Shown: in pieces, positions 25,101 through 35,414 of the stretch | Layout: every line of letters starts with the position of its first letter | Position numbering within the stretch: the stretch's first letter is position 1 | From: Octopus sinensis | Taxonomy: Eukaryota | DNA: 64,000 nucleotides | Assembly (NCBI RefSeq): GCF_006345805.1 | Contig: NC_043014.1 | Location: 6,634,001 to 6,698,000, forward strand | Direction of reading: 5' to 3' | Notes under the pieces: model-generated | The model's database searches: none | What the model saw: the letters and a program-made list of their open reading frames with translations, nothing else | What the model was told of the DNA's origin: nothing | Made by a program: the position numbers and the translations under genes

Positions 25101-28100
25101 TCACCACTTTTCGACAATATTGTTTAATTTGGAAATGAGCCGATATGAAAGACGAACACGAACAAGACAATAAGACAACTGCAAAAAGAAACGAGGTTTC
25201 CTGGCAGAACGGTAAAACGGATGAGTTATGAAGAGATTGGGAAAATATAAAAGCAAGGACAGTAACAAAAATATATATGAAATAAATGACCCAAGAATTT
25301 GCATAAAGAGATAACCTTCACCCAAGCATCCATTCCTTGGTGCACGCCAGTTTCTCTTTAACTCATGCGATAACCCCTGCAAGTATTAAAGTATGCATAC
25401 CCAGAAATGCAAACTTCTGTAACCTACATTATGTCTATGTTGTAGCTGGTATTTAATTCCAGGTCAACACTGATCGACCAGGTCTTTAATCAAAAGCACT
25501 CCATTCGTGACCATCCAGACTTTTACAATATATTCTTTTTTTAAGATATTACCGTATGATTTGAAGATATTTTCTCTAAAATTCGTTTTTTTTTTGTGCC
25601 AAAATTGGAAACCAATATACTCTTTACTCTTTTACTCTTTTACTTGTTTCAGTCATTTGACTGCGGCCATGCTGGAGCACCACCTTTAGTCGAGCAAATC
25701 GACCCCGGGACTTATTCTTTGTAAGCCCAGTACTAATTCTATCGGTCTCTTTTTGCCGAACCGCTAAGTGACAGGGACATAAACACACCAGCATTGGTTG
25801 TCAAGCGATGGTGGTGGGGACAAATACAGACACACAAACACAGACACACACATACATATATACATACATATACATATATATGACAGGCTTCTTTCAGTTT
25901 CCGTCTACCAAATCCACTCACAAGGCATTGGTCGGCCCGAGGCTATATAGCAGAAGACACTTGCCCAAGATGCCACACAGTGGGACTGAACCCGGAACCA
26001 TGTGGTTGATAAGCAAGCTACTTAACAGACAGCCACTCCTGCGCCTACCTTGACATAAAATTGGAAACAAATTGAAGATATAGAAAGATAGTCAATAAAC
26101 ATACAATAAACATATCTGGAAGATATAGAAAGATAATCAATAGACATACGGTGAAGTTTGCGTATTCTGCTACACTTAATTTAACGGATACTATAGCGGT
26201 TATAAAACTGGACACAAATATAGCACAACATAAAAAACATGCATTAATATATGTATGTGTGTGTACCCCTCTCACTCATTCGTTTCTTGTTATCCCTCTT
26301 TCTCTCTCACACAACTCCATATAGTACAGTCTCGTGTATTTCTAAACATTATGGAAGAAGCAACATACCTGCGTCTCCAAATTTTTTGGCATTTCTTGTG
26401 GGATTTTCATTGGTGTGTTATAATCCAATGGAAATAAATGTTTCTCGGATAAATATTTGTCTGTTTTAACACCGCTGTCCATTTTAATAGAATTTGTCGT
26501 GCAACGGTCTTTGAGTTTCACTCTTAAAGGATAATGAGTTGTGTGTGTTGCTTTCAGCTTAGTCGAATGTTGTATATCTTTGGTATGCTGTACGGAAATA
26601 CTTTTTGGATTAGACAGAATATTCGATGGAAAACCTTGATGATTGAATAAAAGAAGGATTTTTTTTCAAAATAAACAAAAAATAAACAATTCGGAAATAT
26701 TAAAATACAAAAGGAATAATATCGATGGGTTTACTCTTTTACGCTTTTACTTGTTTCAGTCATTTGACTGTGGCCATGCTGGAGCACCGCCTTTAGTCGA
26801 GCAACTCGACCCCGGACTTATTCTTTTTGTAAGCCCAGTACTTATTCTATATTCTATCTCTCTTTCCGAACCGCTAAGTGACGGGGACGTAATCACACCA
26901 GCATCGGTTGTCAAGCAATGCTAGGGGGACAAACACAGACACACAAACATATACACACACACTTATATATATATACATGTATACGACAGGCTTCTTTCAG
27001 TTTCCGTCTACCAAATCCACTCACAAGGCATTGGTCGGCCCGGGGCTATAGCAGAAGACACTTGCCCAAGATGCCACGCAGTGGGACTGAACCGGGAACC
27101 ATGTGGTTGGTTAGCAAGCTACTTACCACACAGCCACTCCTGCGCCTTTTGTTGTTTATTTCTCTTTAGTTTATATTTTGTTGTTGTGTGAAAGCCCATG
27201 GTCTCGTGGTTGCACTTGCCACCGCAAGATCGTGGTACGAGACTAGAAAAGATGACCTAATCATGTATTTGAGCGACTTGGCACAAGCTAAAGTTCTAGA
27301 AGGAATCTACATCTTACACTGCATCAATAAGGAGTTCCCAGAAATGAGGATTGATCACTATAGAGACGGGCTCTGTTTACATTTTAAAAAAGTAATAACG
27401 TAGTATTAAAATTAATTAGGAAACATTTTTTATTTTTTATTTTTAGAAATTTAAGATTTTCTACCTCCTTAGAACAAGACTTCAAAGCAGCAAAATTTCT
27501 GCATGTAGCATCGGACCTCACTGAAGCTTGGTATTAGATTTTATCATCCGAACCATAAACCCAATGAAAATCTCAAATACATCAATAAAAAATCCAATTA
27601 TCCAAGAGCTGTGATTAAATCCATAGCTACTAGTATTCCTGTTAAAATATATAGACTATCAGCTAATGAAGAGATTTTCTAACAGAATGAGAAATATATC
27701 TCTTTTGAGATATAATATTAACACTGAATGAATAAATTAGAACTCTTATGACTGAGTACCTAACAGAGTATGTAACTGTGAAACCATGACAAATGCCTGT
27801 TGGATAACCATTGCCTAAGGAATAATCTGATATACATGTACTCGGTCAAAACACCTGAGTGTGATTGTTATGATATATTTGCTGTTGCTTCAAAATCCAG
27901 GACCAGATTATATAACTACATTAATTATTCAAATACAAAAAAAGAAAGCTCCACTTTGTTGGTTAAATTTATCTGGACCTCAAAAGGGGAGAAGATAGAC
28001 TACTCTATTTTGTGGTCTATTATAGCTAGTCCTATTCATTACTGAGGATGCAATGAATACTGTAATGTATGATCAGCGGGGGCACTGGAAATGCTTTATT

Positions 28101-31100
28101 GTAAATGTAATTAAAAATTTAAGGACTTATTAATCCACTGTTCTCACTTACTGAGAAAAACATTTGTAAAATGTTTTGCTCATACATAATTAACTCATAC
28201 ATAATTAACCTCATACATAATTAACTTACATAAGTATAAATAAGATTAATGCTTACAATCTCTTAATATAGATTCTCCCTCCTTCTTTATTTATATATAA
28301 TATACTAAATACTCCTTTCGAAACTAATTTTTAATCTTTATCTAATATTCAACAATTGCACATAATTTAATACATATAAGAGGGTACATAAATTTACATA
28401 GTTAAATATATATATATTATATATATATATACTCTTTTACTCTTTTACTCTTTTACATGTTTCAGTTATTTGACTGCGGCCATGCTGGAGCACCGCCTTT
28501 AGTCGAGCAAATCGACCCCGGGACTTATTCTTTGTAAGCCCAGTACTTATTTCTATCGTCTCTTTTGCCGAACCGCTAAGTGACGGGGACGTAAACACAC
28601 AAGCCATCGGCTGTCAAGCATGCTAGGGGGACAAACACAGACACACAAACACACACCATACATATATATATCTATATACATATATACGACAGGCTTCTTT
28701 CAGTTTCCGTCTACCAAATCCACTCACAAGGCATTGGTCAGCCCTGGGCTATAGCAGAAGACACTTGCCCAAGATGCCACGCAGTGGAACTGAACCCGGA
28801 ACCTAGTGGTTGGTTAGCAAGCTACTTACCACACAGCCACTTCTGCGCCTAACTGAATTTCTTTTTAATTTTGTTAACCTAATATTTACTGAACTGACTT
28901 ATAAATTTACACACATTTATTGCATACTCAGTTGAACTTTCCTCTATTCTCTCTTTTACAAGAGACTTTAAAATATCACCCTTATAAAGATTGGGCAGCT
29001 AAAAAATATATTGTGTAGTTGTTTCCCTCTGTTCTGTTCTCACGGATTAACACGCTCCTAAACTTGTTGGCATTTTGACCTCACAGGACTGTAAACTTGG
29101 CAAGAATATCTTTATATATAAAAATTAGTTGTGTATCTGTCTCCTACATTTAGATTCCTAACTACTCCACATTTTGTGGTTCAGTTTAACCAAAAGCAAG
29201 TACCTTATAGTCGTGATTCATATCGAGCCCTTCTGAGTATTAGCGCGCGTCTACGATAAGTCTACAATTTTAAAAAAAATCTACCATAATTTTTCCGCAT
29301 TTTTAATGCATTTTCGCTCGGTTTATATAAGGGAAGTAACTCTCTAAAAATGTATTATTAAATCTCAGAACGTAAAAAGCTACAGTAACACCCCCCCCCC
29401 CTTTGTGGTTAGCCATACTGAGATGGCTATTATACTTTACATCTCTAAAAATGCTTATATAATTATTTCCCTTACAAACCCGAGCAACGCCGGGCGATAC
29501 TGCTAGTGATAAATAAAAGAGGGTAATTTGATACGACAGTTATCCACAGTCCACCTTCACAACTATCTTTTCTAGGAAACTTTGGAAATCTATCACAACA
29601 ATTTTAAGGTATGAAGAGAAAGGATGAGGACTAATTATTTTGTTAATTAATTGATTGATTGATTATGCATACAAACTATTGTGCTCTGAGGAGACAGTTT
29701 CACTTGCTATTTGAAACATTCGTAACATTGAATAAAGTTATGTAATAGCGTAATCTTTATTTACTTGTCTTATTGGTCTGTGTGTGTGTATGTGTGTGTG
29801 GTACATGCATACATACGAGGTCTGATCAATAAGTATCCGGACTGTTGTCATGGTAACGAAGCTAAAGCACGCAGAGTAAAGCCGCTCAGTAAAACTTGAC
29901 CTCTGTTGTGCATGCACACTAAGTTTTAACATTCTAACTCACTTCCCCTGTTTACAGCAGTGCTAGGAAGGAATGTGTGTAGCGTTGATCGTCGCATGGA
30001 CCATGACAGAGGAAGCTGTCATGGCGAAACCGGCTCAGAGGCTTACACAAAGTTGCAGAAAGTGTATGGAGAGGAGTGTATGGAGAGAAATGTATGGAGA
30101 GGAGTGTATGAGCGGTACACAAGTGTACGGGTGGTTCAGACGTTCCCAAGATGGCCGAAAAAATGCCGATATTGACGATCGTTCTGGGAGACCAGCAGCC
30201 AGGAGAACAGAGAAGAAATATCGCAGATGTATGTGCAGCTGTGAGAGAAAATCATCGAATCACCAACCGTGAGATATCAGAGGATGTACAGATTAGTTAC
30301 GGTTCAACTCAGTCCATGATCACTGAAGATTTGGGTATGAGACGCGTGTCTGCCAAGTTTGTGCCAACACTGCTTTCAGCTGACCAAGAAGACCCTCGGG
30401 TTTCAGTTGCACAAGATCACCCTGATTGTGTCGAGAACGATGAAAACCTTTTTGGAAACTTTGTGTAGGCCTCTGAGCAGGTATCACCAAGCTTTTGGCA
30501 AAATTCGATGCAGATTCTCTGCTCTACTTTCTCCGTTATGGTCAATGCAACGAGCACACGCTACACACCTTCCTTCCAAGCACTGCTGTAAATAGTGGAA
30601 GTGAGCTGGAACGTCAAAACTTAGTGTGCATGCACAGCAGCGTTCAAGATCAATCTGTGCCAAGCGGTTTTACTCTGCATACTTTAACTTCGTTACTATG
30701 GCAACAGTCCGGATACTTATTGATCAGACCACATACACATGTGTGTGCGCATGTGTCAGTGTGCGTGCATGTGTCCGTGTATTTGTGTGTGTGTGTATTT
30801 GTGTGTGTGTGTATGTGTGTGTGTGTGTATGTGTGTATGTGTGTGTGTGTGTGTGTGTGTGTAGCTAAGGGAATTGTAAATATTTCAAAGAAATTTGTGT
30901 TTTACCTGAATATGCTTGGTGTGTGGGTCTCCACAGCTATCAGTGGGTGAATTCGAACTTGAAACCCCTCCGATGCTTAGTAATTTATTCCGAACGTCTT
31001 CGACGAACTGAGCGTTAACATTCATTCGATTGTCCGAAGGGGTCTGTAGGTTTCTGCTATATTGATTGTCTGTGTTCTGAGACGTTGTCGACCGAGAATA

Positions 31101-31439
31101 CGCTGGATGATTCTTGGTCATCCCTTTATTAAACCGAGCTCGGGATCTACACTGGAAACATACTGAGCATCCACGGCAATTCCGATTTGTGTTGGAGACC
31201 CGTTCGATATCCTCACCATTGTGCCAGGTATAAAGCTGCACTGAATCTTCAAAGTTACAGGCACCGAAAATGCTCCTGACAAGGCCCAGCCTAAAAAGAC
31301 GGCGTGCAAAATCCAACGCAACTGCACGCGTGGCAAAACGTTGATCGCCGATATCCAGAAGAGCAGACACTAACGCTGATCCTTTGAATATTTTGGATTT
31401 ATTTTCAGTTTCGTTTGAAGGGGAACTCGTCGAAAAAGC
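2848..31439 (-). CDS. Multi-exon gene (partial at both ends): DEP domain + coiled coil + minimal FH1 + divergent FH2, FMN/cappuccino-like formin-related protein
   Basis: 13 GT-AG exons joined by hand with matching intron phases: 31439-30906, 23797-23176, 20067-19876, 18427-18355, 17450-17360, 15771-15635, 13175-13096, 12180-12064, 10807-10759, 9317-9188, 5699-5571, 4955-4887, 2926-2848. The spliced frame is open throughout and gives FH2 motifs in canonical order ([64 protein letters not shown]). Confidence 0.88.
3290..3676. repeat. (GA)n/(GACA/GATA)n compound microsatellite; a similar tract lies at 16730-17020
   Basis: Seen directly. Confidence 0.92.
3995..4820 (+). pseudogene. CR1/L2-group LINE 3' fragment (frameshifted RT C-terminus, (TAAC)n tail)
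   Basis: [57 protein letters not shown] across frameshifts; tail taactaactaactaa. Confidence 0.88.
4887..4955 (-). CDS. Formin-like gene exon (FH2): [23 protein letters not shown]
   Basis: gccttcag| acceptor, AAG|gtatgt donor, 69 nt, phase 0-0; aligns with xxFEDxxKDLRKLKKDL. Confidence 0.82.
5225..5537 (+). mobile_element. RTE 3' UTR fragment with 23-nt tandem repeats and internal (CAT)n
   Basis: Tail homology; ends 34 nt from the donor of the formin exon at 5571. Confidence 0.7.
5571..5699 (-). CDS. Formin-like gene exon (FH2): [43 protein letters not shown]
   Basis: ttctgcag| acceptor, CAG|gtaagt donor, 129 nt, phase 0-0; resembles recalled FMN SLLSYIVSYY...FPLPEPQDLFQASQ. Confidence 0.88.
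6513..7117 (-). mobile_element. SINE family A, minus-strand tandem pair
   Basis: Reverse complement of family A. Other minus copies at approx. 20335-20680, 25620-26046, 26730-27146, 28432-28850, 31605-32038, 35470-35640, 58545-58955, 60540-60712. Confidence 0.85.
8145..8411 (+). mobile_element. RTE 3' UTR fragment
   Basis: Tail homology and (ATG)n end. Confidence 0.8.
8732..8964 (+). mobile_element. tRNA-derived SINE family B monomer (representative)
   Basis: Head ggcggcgagctggcagaaacgttag...gagttcaaattcc, body gtcgactttgcctttcatcc...aagtaccag, tail gggtagtaaagaaatag. Other copies at 32369-32599, 39327-39548, 61065-61245, and minus 40602-40800, 54720-54905. Confidence 0.88.
9188..9317 (-). 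CDS. Formin-like gene exon (FH2 post): [43 protein letters not shown]
   Basis: tgtttcag| acceptor, AAA|gtaagt donor, 130 nt, phase 2-0. Contains the GNYxN post motif and is close to the recalled FMN motif GQADGFGLDILPKLKDVKS. Confidence 0.92.
10157..10550 (+). mobile_element. tRNA-derived SINE family A (representative copy)
   Basis: Head ggcgcaggagtggctgtgtggtaag...ggttcagtccc, CORE-like ttgggcaagt, central (TA)n(TG)n, tail gactgaaacaagtaaaagag. Other plus copies at approx. 5815-6212, 7474-7860, 9480-9780, 33958-34390, 37766-38390 (tandem), 43062-43495, 47009-47430, 59231-60480 (three in tandem), 61495-61760. Confidence 0.88.
10759..10807 (-). CDS. Formin-like gene exon (FH2): [17 protein letters not shown]
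   Basis: tcttttccag| acceptor, ACAG|gtatga donor, 49 nt, phase 1-2; matches LxxVxxACxELxxS. Confidence 0.82.
11416..11740 (-). mobile_element. RTE 3' UTR fragment
   Basis: Reverse complement of the same tail, starting at (CAT)n. Confidence 0.8.
12064..12180 (-). CDS. Formin-like gene exon (FH2): [38 protein letters not shown]
   Basis: ttatttcag| acceptor, ACAG|gttcgt donor (phase 1, required by the next exon), 117 nt; matches FLxELSxIPxxxERLxxxxF. Confidence 0.82.
12470..12835 (+). mobile_element. Probable Penelope-like element terminal fragment
   Basis: Two gaagagc..ctcgaaac motifs in tandem; related copies at 36015-36120, 37050-37260 (minus), 42455-42545 (minus), 42850-43035. Confidence 0.4.
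13096..13175 (-). CDS. Formin-like gene exon (FH2): [27 protein letters not shown]
   Basis: ttttgcag| acceptor, ATT|gtaagt donor, 80 nt, phase 2-1; exactly bridges the phases of both neighbours. Confidence 0.75.
13270..13715. mobile_element. MITE-like element with 26-bp perfect inverted termini
   Basis: gagccagtcctgatttgattagactt / aagtctaatcaaatcaggactggctc; no clear target duplication. Lies ~95 nt upstream of the formin exon acceptor at 13175. Confidence 0.6.
15065..15442 (+). mobile_element. Non-autonomous Helitron (different 5' body, same 3' end)
   Basis: Ends aacccgagcaacgccaggcaatactgCTAG|t; the 5' boundary is approximate. Confidence 0.68.
15635..15771 (-). CDS. Formin-like gene exon (FH2 knob): [45 protein letters not shown]
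   Basis: tcttacag| acceptor, TCAG|gtaatt donor, 137 nt, phase 0-2; aligns by eye with LLDxKRSQxVGIxxxxL..DIxxAxxxL. Confidence 0.8.
16016..16160. repeat. Palindromic element (~55-nt arms); a second small inverted repeat follows at 16218-16368
   Basis: aaccaaggctgtgtagatattaga / tctaatatctacacagccttggtt. Confidence 0.75.
17360..17450 (-). CDS. Formin-like gene exon (FH2 linker): [30 protein letters not shown]
   Basis: tatatag| acceptor, CAT|gtaagt donor, 91 nt, phase 2-0; completes ELDRLFEK. Confidence 0.8.
17732..18307. repeat. ~576-bp foldback element (imperfect ~270-nt arms)
   Basis: acaatttcgagttaactaaacactttaaaacttcgtatactggtagaatgtgt mirrored at 18255-18307; internal arms gctgcgtctaaaactgagaca / tgtctcagttttagacgcagc. 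Confidence 0.85.
18355..18427 (-). CDS. Formin-like gene exon (FH2 lasso): [25 protein letters not shown]
   Basis: poly-T tgcag| acceptor, ATAG|gtaact donor, 73 nt, phase 1-2. Confidence 0.85.
19876..20067 (-). CDS. Formin-like gene exon: short FH1-like [10 protein letters not shown] and FH2 lasso start
   Basis: ctttctacag| acceptor, CCAG|gtaacg donor, 192 nt, phase 1-1. [18 protein letters not shown] resembles the FH2 start PKxKLKxLxWxKI. Confidence 0.85.
20690..20945 (-). mobile_element. 5'-truncated copy of the same CR1/L2 element
   Basis: Reverse complement of approx. 4570-4820, including the (TAAC)n tail. Confidence 0.85.
21801..22443. repeat. Compound (GAT/GGT)n trinucleotide repeat with higher-order units
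   Basis: Seen directly; source of the poly-D/H/M/I ORFs. Confidence 0.95.
23176..23797 (-). CDS. Formin-like gene exon: poly-T/poly-N/poly-Q tracts and coiled coil
   Basis: atttcag|GTATTC acceptor, CAAG|gtgagt donor, 622 nt, phase 0-1. Encodes [45 protein letters not shown] (heptad-like). Confidence 0.8.
23820..24240. repeat. (GAA/GGA/CAA)n repeat
   Basis: Seen directly; lies just upstream of the formin exon acceptor at 23797. Confidence 0.95.
29109..29506 (+). mobile_element. Non-autonomous Helitron
   Basis: A|TC...hairpin-CTAG|T; homologous to 1640-2034 with an extra ~86-nt module. Confidence 0.8.
29816..30733 (+). mobile_element. Internally deleted mariner-type element with ~170-bp inverted termini; only the N-terminal HTH region of the transposase remains
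   Basis: TA duplication; termini cgaggtctgatcaataagtatccggactgtt. Frameshifted [49 protein letters not shown] matches the mariner DNA-binding domain and WVPxxL motif. Confidence 0.88.
30906..31439 (-). CDS. Formin-like gene exon with DEP domain (approx. 31388-31224)
   Basis: tttttcag|GCT acceptor, CAG|gtaaaa donor, 534 nt, phase 0-0. [56 protein letters not shown] fits the DEP pattern FxGSxLVxxL..RxxAxxxxxxLxxxGxI..FxDSxxLYxF/W. Confidence 0.8.
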
Positions 31440-31840
31440 CTGAAAAACATGCAAGAAATAACAATGAGTGTAAGAGTAAAGCAATTTGAAGCTTCGGTAA
31501 ATTTCGATAACAATTTTCCACATCGTGGCAGAAGGATAGAAATATGGCGTTGAGAAGAGGTAGAGCACAAAATCAAAACTAGCACTTGAATTGTTCTTTA
31601 TCTTATTTACTCTTTTACTCTTTTACTTGTTTCAGTCATGTGACTGGCCATGCTGGAGCACCGCCTTTAGTCGATCAAATCGACCCCAGGACTTATTCTT
31701 TGTAAGCCTAGTACTTATTTTATTGGACTCTTTTTGCTGAACCGCTAAGTTACGGGGACGTATACTCACCAGCATCGGTTGCCAAGCGATGCTAGGGGGA
31801 CAAACACAGACACACAAACACGCACATACACACACACACA

Positions 31841-31879
<39 letters not shown>

Positions 31880-32125
31880 TACGACAGGCTTCTTTCAGTT
31901 TCCGTCTACCAAATCCCCTCACAAGGCTTTGGTCGGCCTGAGGCTATAGTAGAAGACACTTACCCAAAGTGCCACGCAGTGGGCCTGAACCCGGAACCAT
32001 GTGGTTCGTAAGCAAGCTACTTACCACACAGCCACTCCGAGGACAGAACGATAAAAATGTGAACCCACTTATGTGGGATTTGAAATTCAAACGAACCGAT
32101 AAAACCCTAAATACAAATAATCATT

Positions 32126-32345
32126 ACGAGTAGGGGCTGAAAAGTTCCTGATTTGGGGTGAAAGAAAATATAGGGAGATCGGTTAATTATGATTTTACTC
32201 GGCATATTCCTCCTCTCAGATTCACACACTTATTGAAACAGTCCTTCGGTTTTTCTAATCCCTGTAAAAGAACTCGGAAGGCTGGGCCTCCAACCATGTC
32301 TTTCGCAATACTTTTAGAGCCAGGAACTTTTCAACACCATATTAC
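32126..32345. mobile_element. Mariner-derived MITE
   Basis: Imperfect inverted termini gctgaaaagttcctg / caggaacttttcaac. Confidence 0.5.
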
Positions 32346-32872
32346 TTCTTTATATATAATATATAATAGGTGGCGAGCTGGCAGAATCGTTAGCACGCCG
32401 GGTGAAATGCGTAGCCATATTTCGTCTGTCGTTATGTTCTGAGTTCAAATTCCGCCGAGGTCGACTTTGCCTTTCATCCTTTCGGGGTCGATAAATAAAG
32501 TACCAGTTACGTGCTGGGATCGATGTAATTGACTTAATCCTTTTGTCTGTCCATCTTTGTCCCCTCTATGTTTAGCCCCTTGTGGGTAGTAAAGAAATAT
32601 ATATATAATATATAACGAAGTATTATTTATTGTAATATATATATATTTATCTCAAGTAGAATCCATTCGAAGGGATTCCATCAATCCACATTAGTCATCA
32701 GTCATCATTCTATCGTCTCCATCAGTCATCATTCTATCGTCACCATGTTTCCATATCGACTTCGCTAATCTGTCATTTTATTATCACCCAACATGAGATA
32801 ATATGTTGCCCAGCGTCACCCAGATGACTTTGATCTACCCAAGACTTTGTTTAAGGGTATTTGCCTAGGAAA

Positions 32873-33287
32873 GGCGGCGAGCTGGCAGAAACGTTAGCAC
32901 GCGGGGCGAATTGCTTTGTGGTATTTTGTCTGCCGCTACATTCTGAGTTCAAATTCCGCCGAGGTTGACTTTGCTTTTCCTCCTTTCGGGGTCAATTAGA
33001 TAAGTACCAGTTACGCACTGGGGTCGATACAATCGACTTAATCCGTATGTCTGTCCTAGTTTGTCCCCTCTGTGTTTAGCCCCTTGTGGGTAGTAAAGAA
33101 ATAGATATTTCGTCTGTCGTTAGGTTCTGAGTTCAAATTCCGCAGAGGTCGACTTTGCCTTTCCTCCTTTCGGGGTTGATTAAATAAGTACCAGTTACGC
33201 ACTGGGGTCGATGTAATCGACTTAATACCTATGTCTGTCCGTGTTTGTCCCCTCTGTGTTTAGCCCCTTGTGGGCAGTAAAGAAATA
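32873..33287 (+). mobile_element. SINE family B head-to-tail dimer flanked by a 15-bp target-site duplication
   Basis: ggtatttgcctagga at 32856-32870 and 33288-33302. Confidence 0.85.
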
Positions 33288-33402
33288 GGTATTTGCCTAG
33301 GATGCTAAGCAGAGGGATCGAAGCAGACGTCTTTCCTAAGATTTGAACTTCATAACTACACGTCATATGCGGGCCAATGAACACACTCACATACATACAT
33401 AA

Positions 33403-33455
<53 letters not shown>

Positions 33456-34117
33456 TTCGCAGATGTACTTGCACACGTACACAAAACACAATGACATGCA
33501 AACGAGAACTCAAACTCAAAGACAAGCACACAAATACACTGATACACAAATTCACTGACAGACATACACACATACACACACACATACACACACACACACA
33601 TACACACACACACATACACACACACACACATACACACACACACACTGACACATGCACTCGCGCGCACGCACGCCTACAACATCATTAACTCGTCATTTCT
33701 GACGCCAGTCAGCTATGGTTGTGCAATTAATTGCCGCTCCAAACGAGAAAGTTAATCTGGTAATGCCTTGACCCCCAACACAACATAAGCACACTGATGG
33801 TTGGTTGCTAGGAGCCCCTTACACCAGAGATTAGAATACCAGAGGGATAGATCCCCCAGGAGAAGTTATATGTAGAAATAAAACCCTAAAGACAGATTAA
33901 TTACTGGTACATGAACTGTTTCAGAGCGATACTTCTTACTACAGAGTTTTCGTCATTGTTTGTGTGGTAAGTAGCTTGCTTACCAACAACATGGTTCCGG
34001 GTTCAGTCCCACTGCGTGGCATCTTGGGCAAGTGTCTTCTGCTATAGCCTCGGGCCGACCAAAGCCTTGTGAGTGGATTTGGTAGATGGAAACTGAAAGA
34101 AGCCTGTCGTATATATG

Positions 34118-34168
<51 letters not shown>

Positions 34169-35126
34169 ATATGTTTGTGTGTCTGTATTTGTCCCCCCTA
34201 GCATTGCTTGACAACCGATGCTGGTGTGTTTACATCCCCGTCACTTAGCGGTTCGGCAAAAGAGACCGATAGAATAAGTACTGGGCTTACAAAAGAATAA
34301 GTCCCGGGGTCGATTTGCTCGACTAAAGGCAGTGCTCCAGCATGGCCGCAGTCAAATGACTGAAACAAGTAAAAGAGTAAAAAGAGTAAGAGTCTCCATG
34401 CTTGCATGGGTCAGACGAAATTTCTTGAGACATATTTACTAAGACCGGATGCCTTTCCTATCACCAACCCTTAGATGTTTCCAGGCAAGCAAATATCTCC
34501 CTATGACTGGATATGTTTTCATAGAAGATTGCAGGCGAATAACACCGTTCACCACTCATATGGCGTAACGCCGTTACGTTCTGAGTTCAAATTCCGCCGA
34601 GGTCGACTTTGCCTTTCATCCTTTCGAGGTTGATAAATTAAGTACCAGTTGCACACTGGTGTCGATGCAATCGACTTAATCCGTTTGTCTGTCCTTGTTT
34701 GTCCTCTCTGTGTTACGTTCTGAGTTCAAATTCCGCCAAGGTCGACTTTGTCTTTCATCCTTTTGGGGTTGATAAATTAAGTACCAGTTGCGCACTGGTG
34801 TCAATGCAATCGACTTAATCCATTTGTCTGTCCTTGTTTGTCCTCTATGTGTTTAGCCCCTTGTGGGTAGTAAAGAAATAGCTCATTTACAACTATTTCG
34901 TGACGTCAAGCCAGAGAGGTACAAACACATATACACGCACACACACATACGATGGGGTTCTTCCAGTTTCCAATTACTTAAATCCAGATTTAAAACTTTG
35001 GTCTCCCCGGGGCTATAGTAGAACACAGCATTGTAGAATCCAGAATCATGTAGTGAGGAAACAAACTTCTTACCCAGACAGTCATGTCTGCGCATCAGAA
35101 TATTTTAAAATTTCTAGCCAATATTA

Positions 35127-35314
35127 TTAGGGTTGGTGCATAATTATTGCGGCTTTTTTTCAAATTTTAACAAAACGCCAAACAGAAATTGAAGTAGATG
35201 GTGAATATGCTCCGGAATAATCATTTAAAGACGATTTTGTTAAATGTTGTCATTGTCTTTGTTGAATAAAATTTATTAGAAAAAAAGGCCACAATAATTA
35301 TGCGCCAACCTAGA
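35127..35314. mobile_element. Mariner-derived MITE (MADE1-like termini)
   Basis: ggttggtgcataattattgcggc / gccacaataattatgcgccaacc, TA-flanked. Confidence 0.7.
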
Positions 35315-35340
35315 TACACACAAACGTATACACATACATG

Positions 35341-35414
<74 letters not shown>

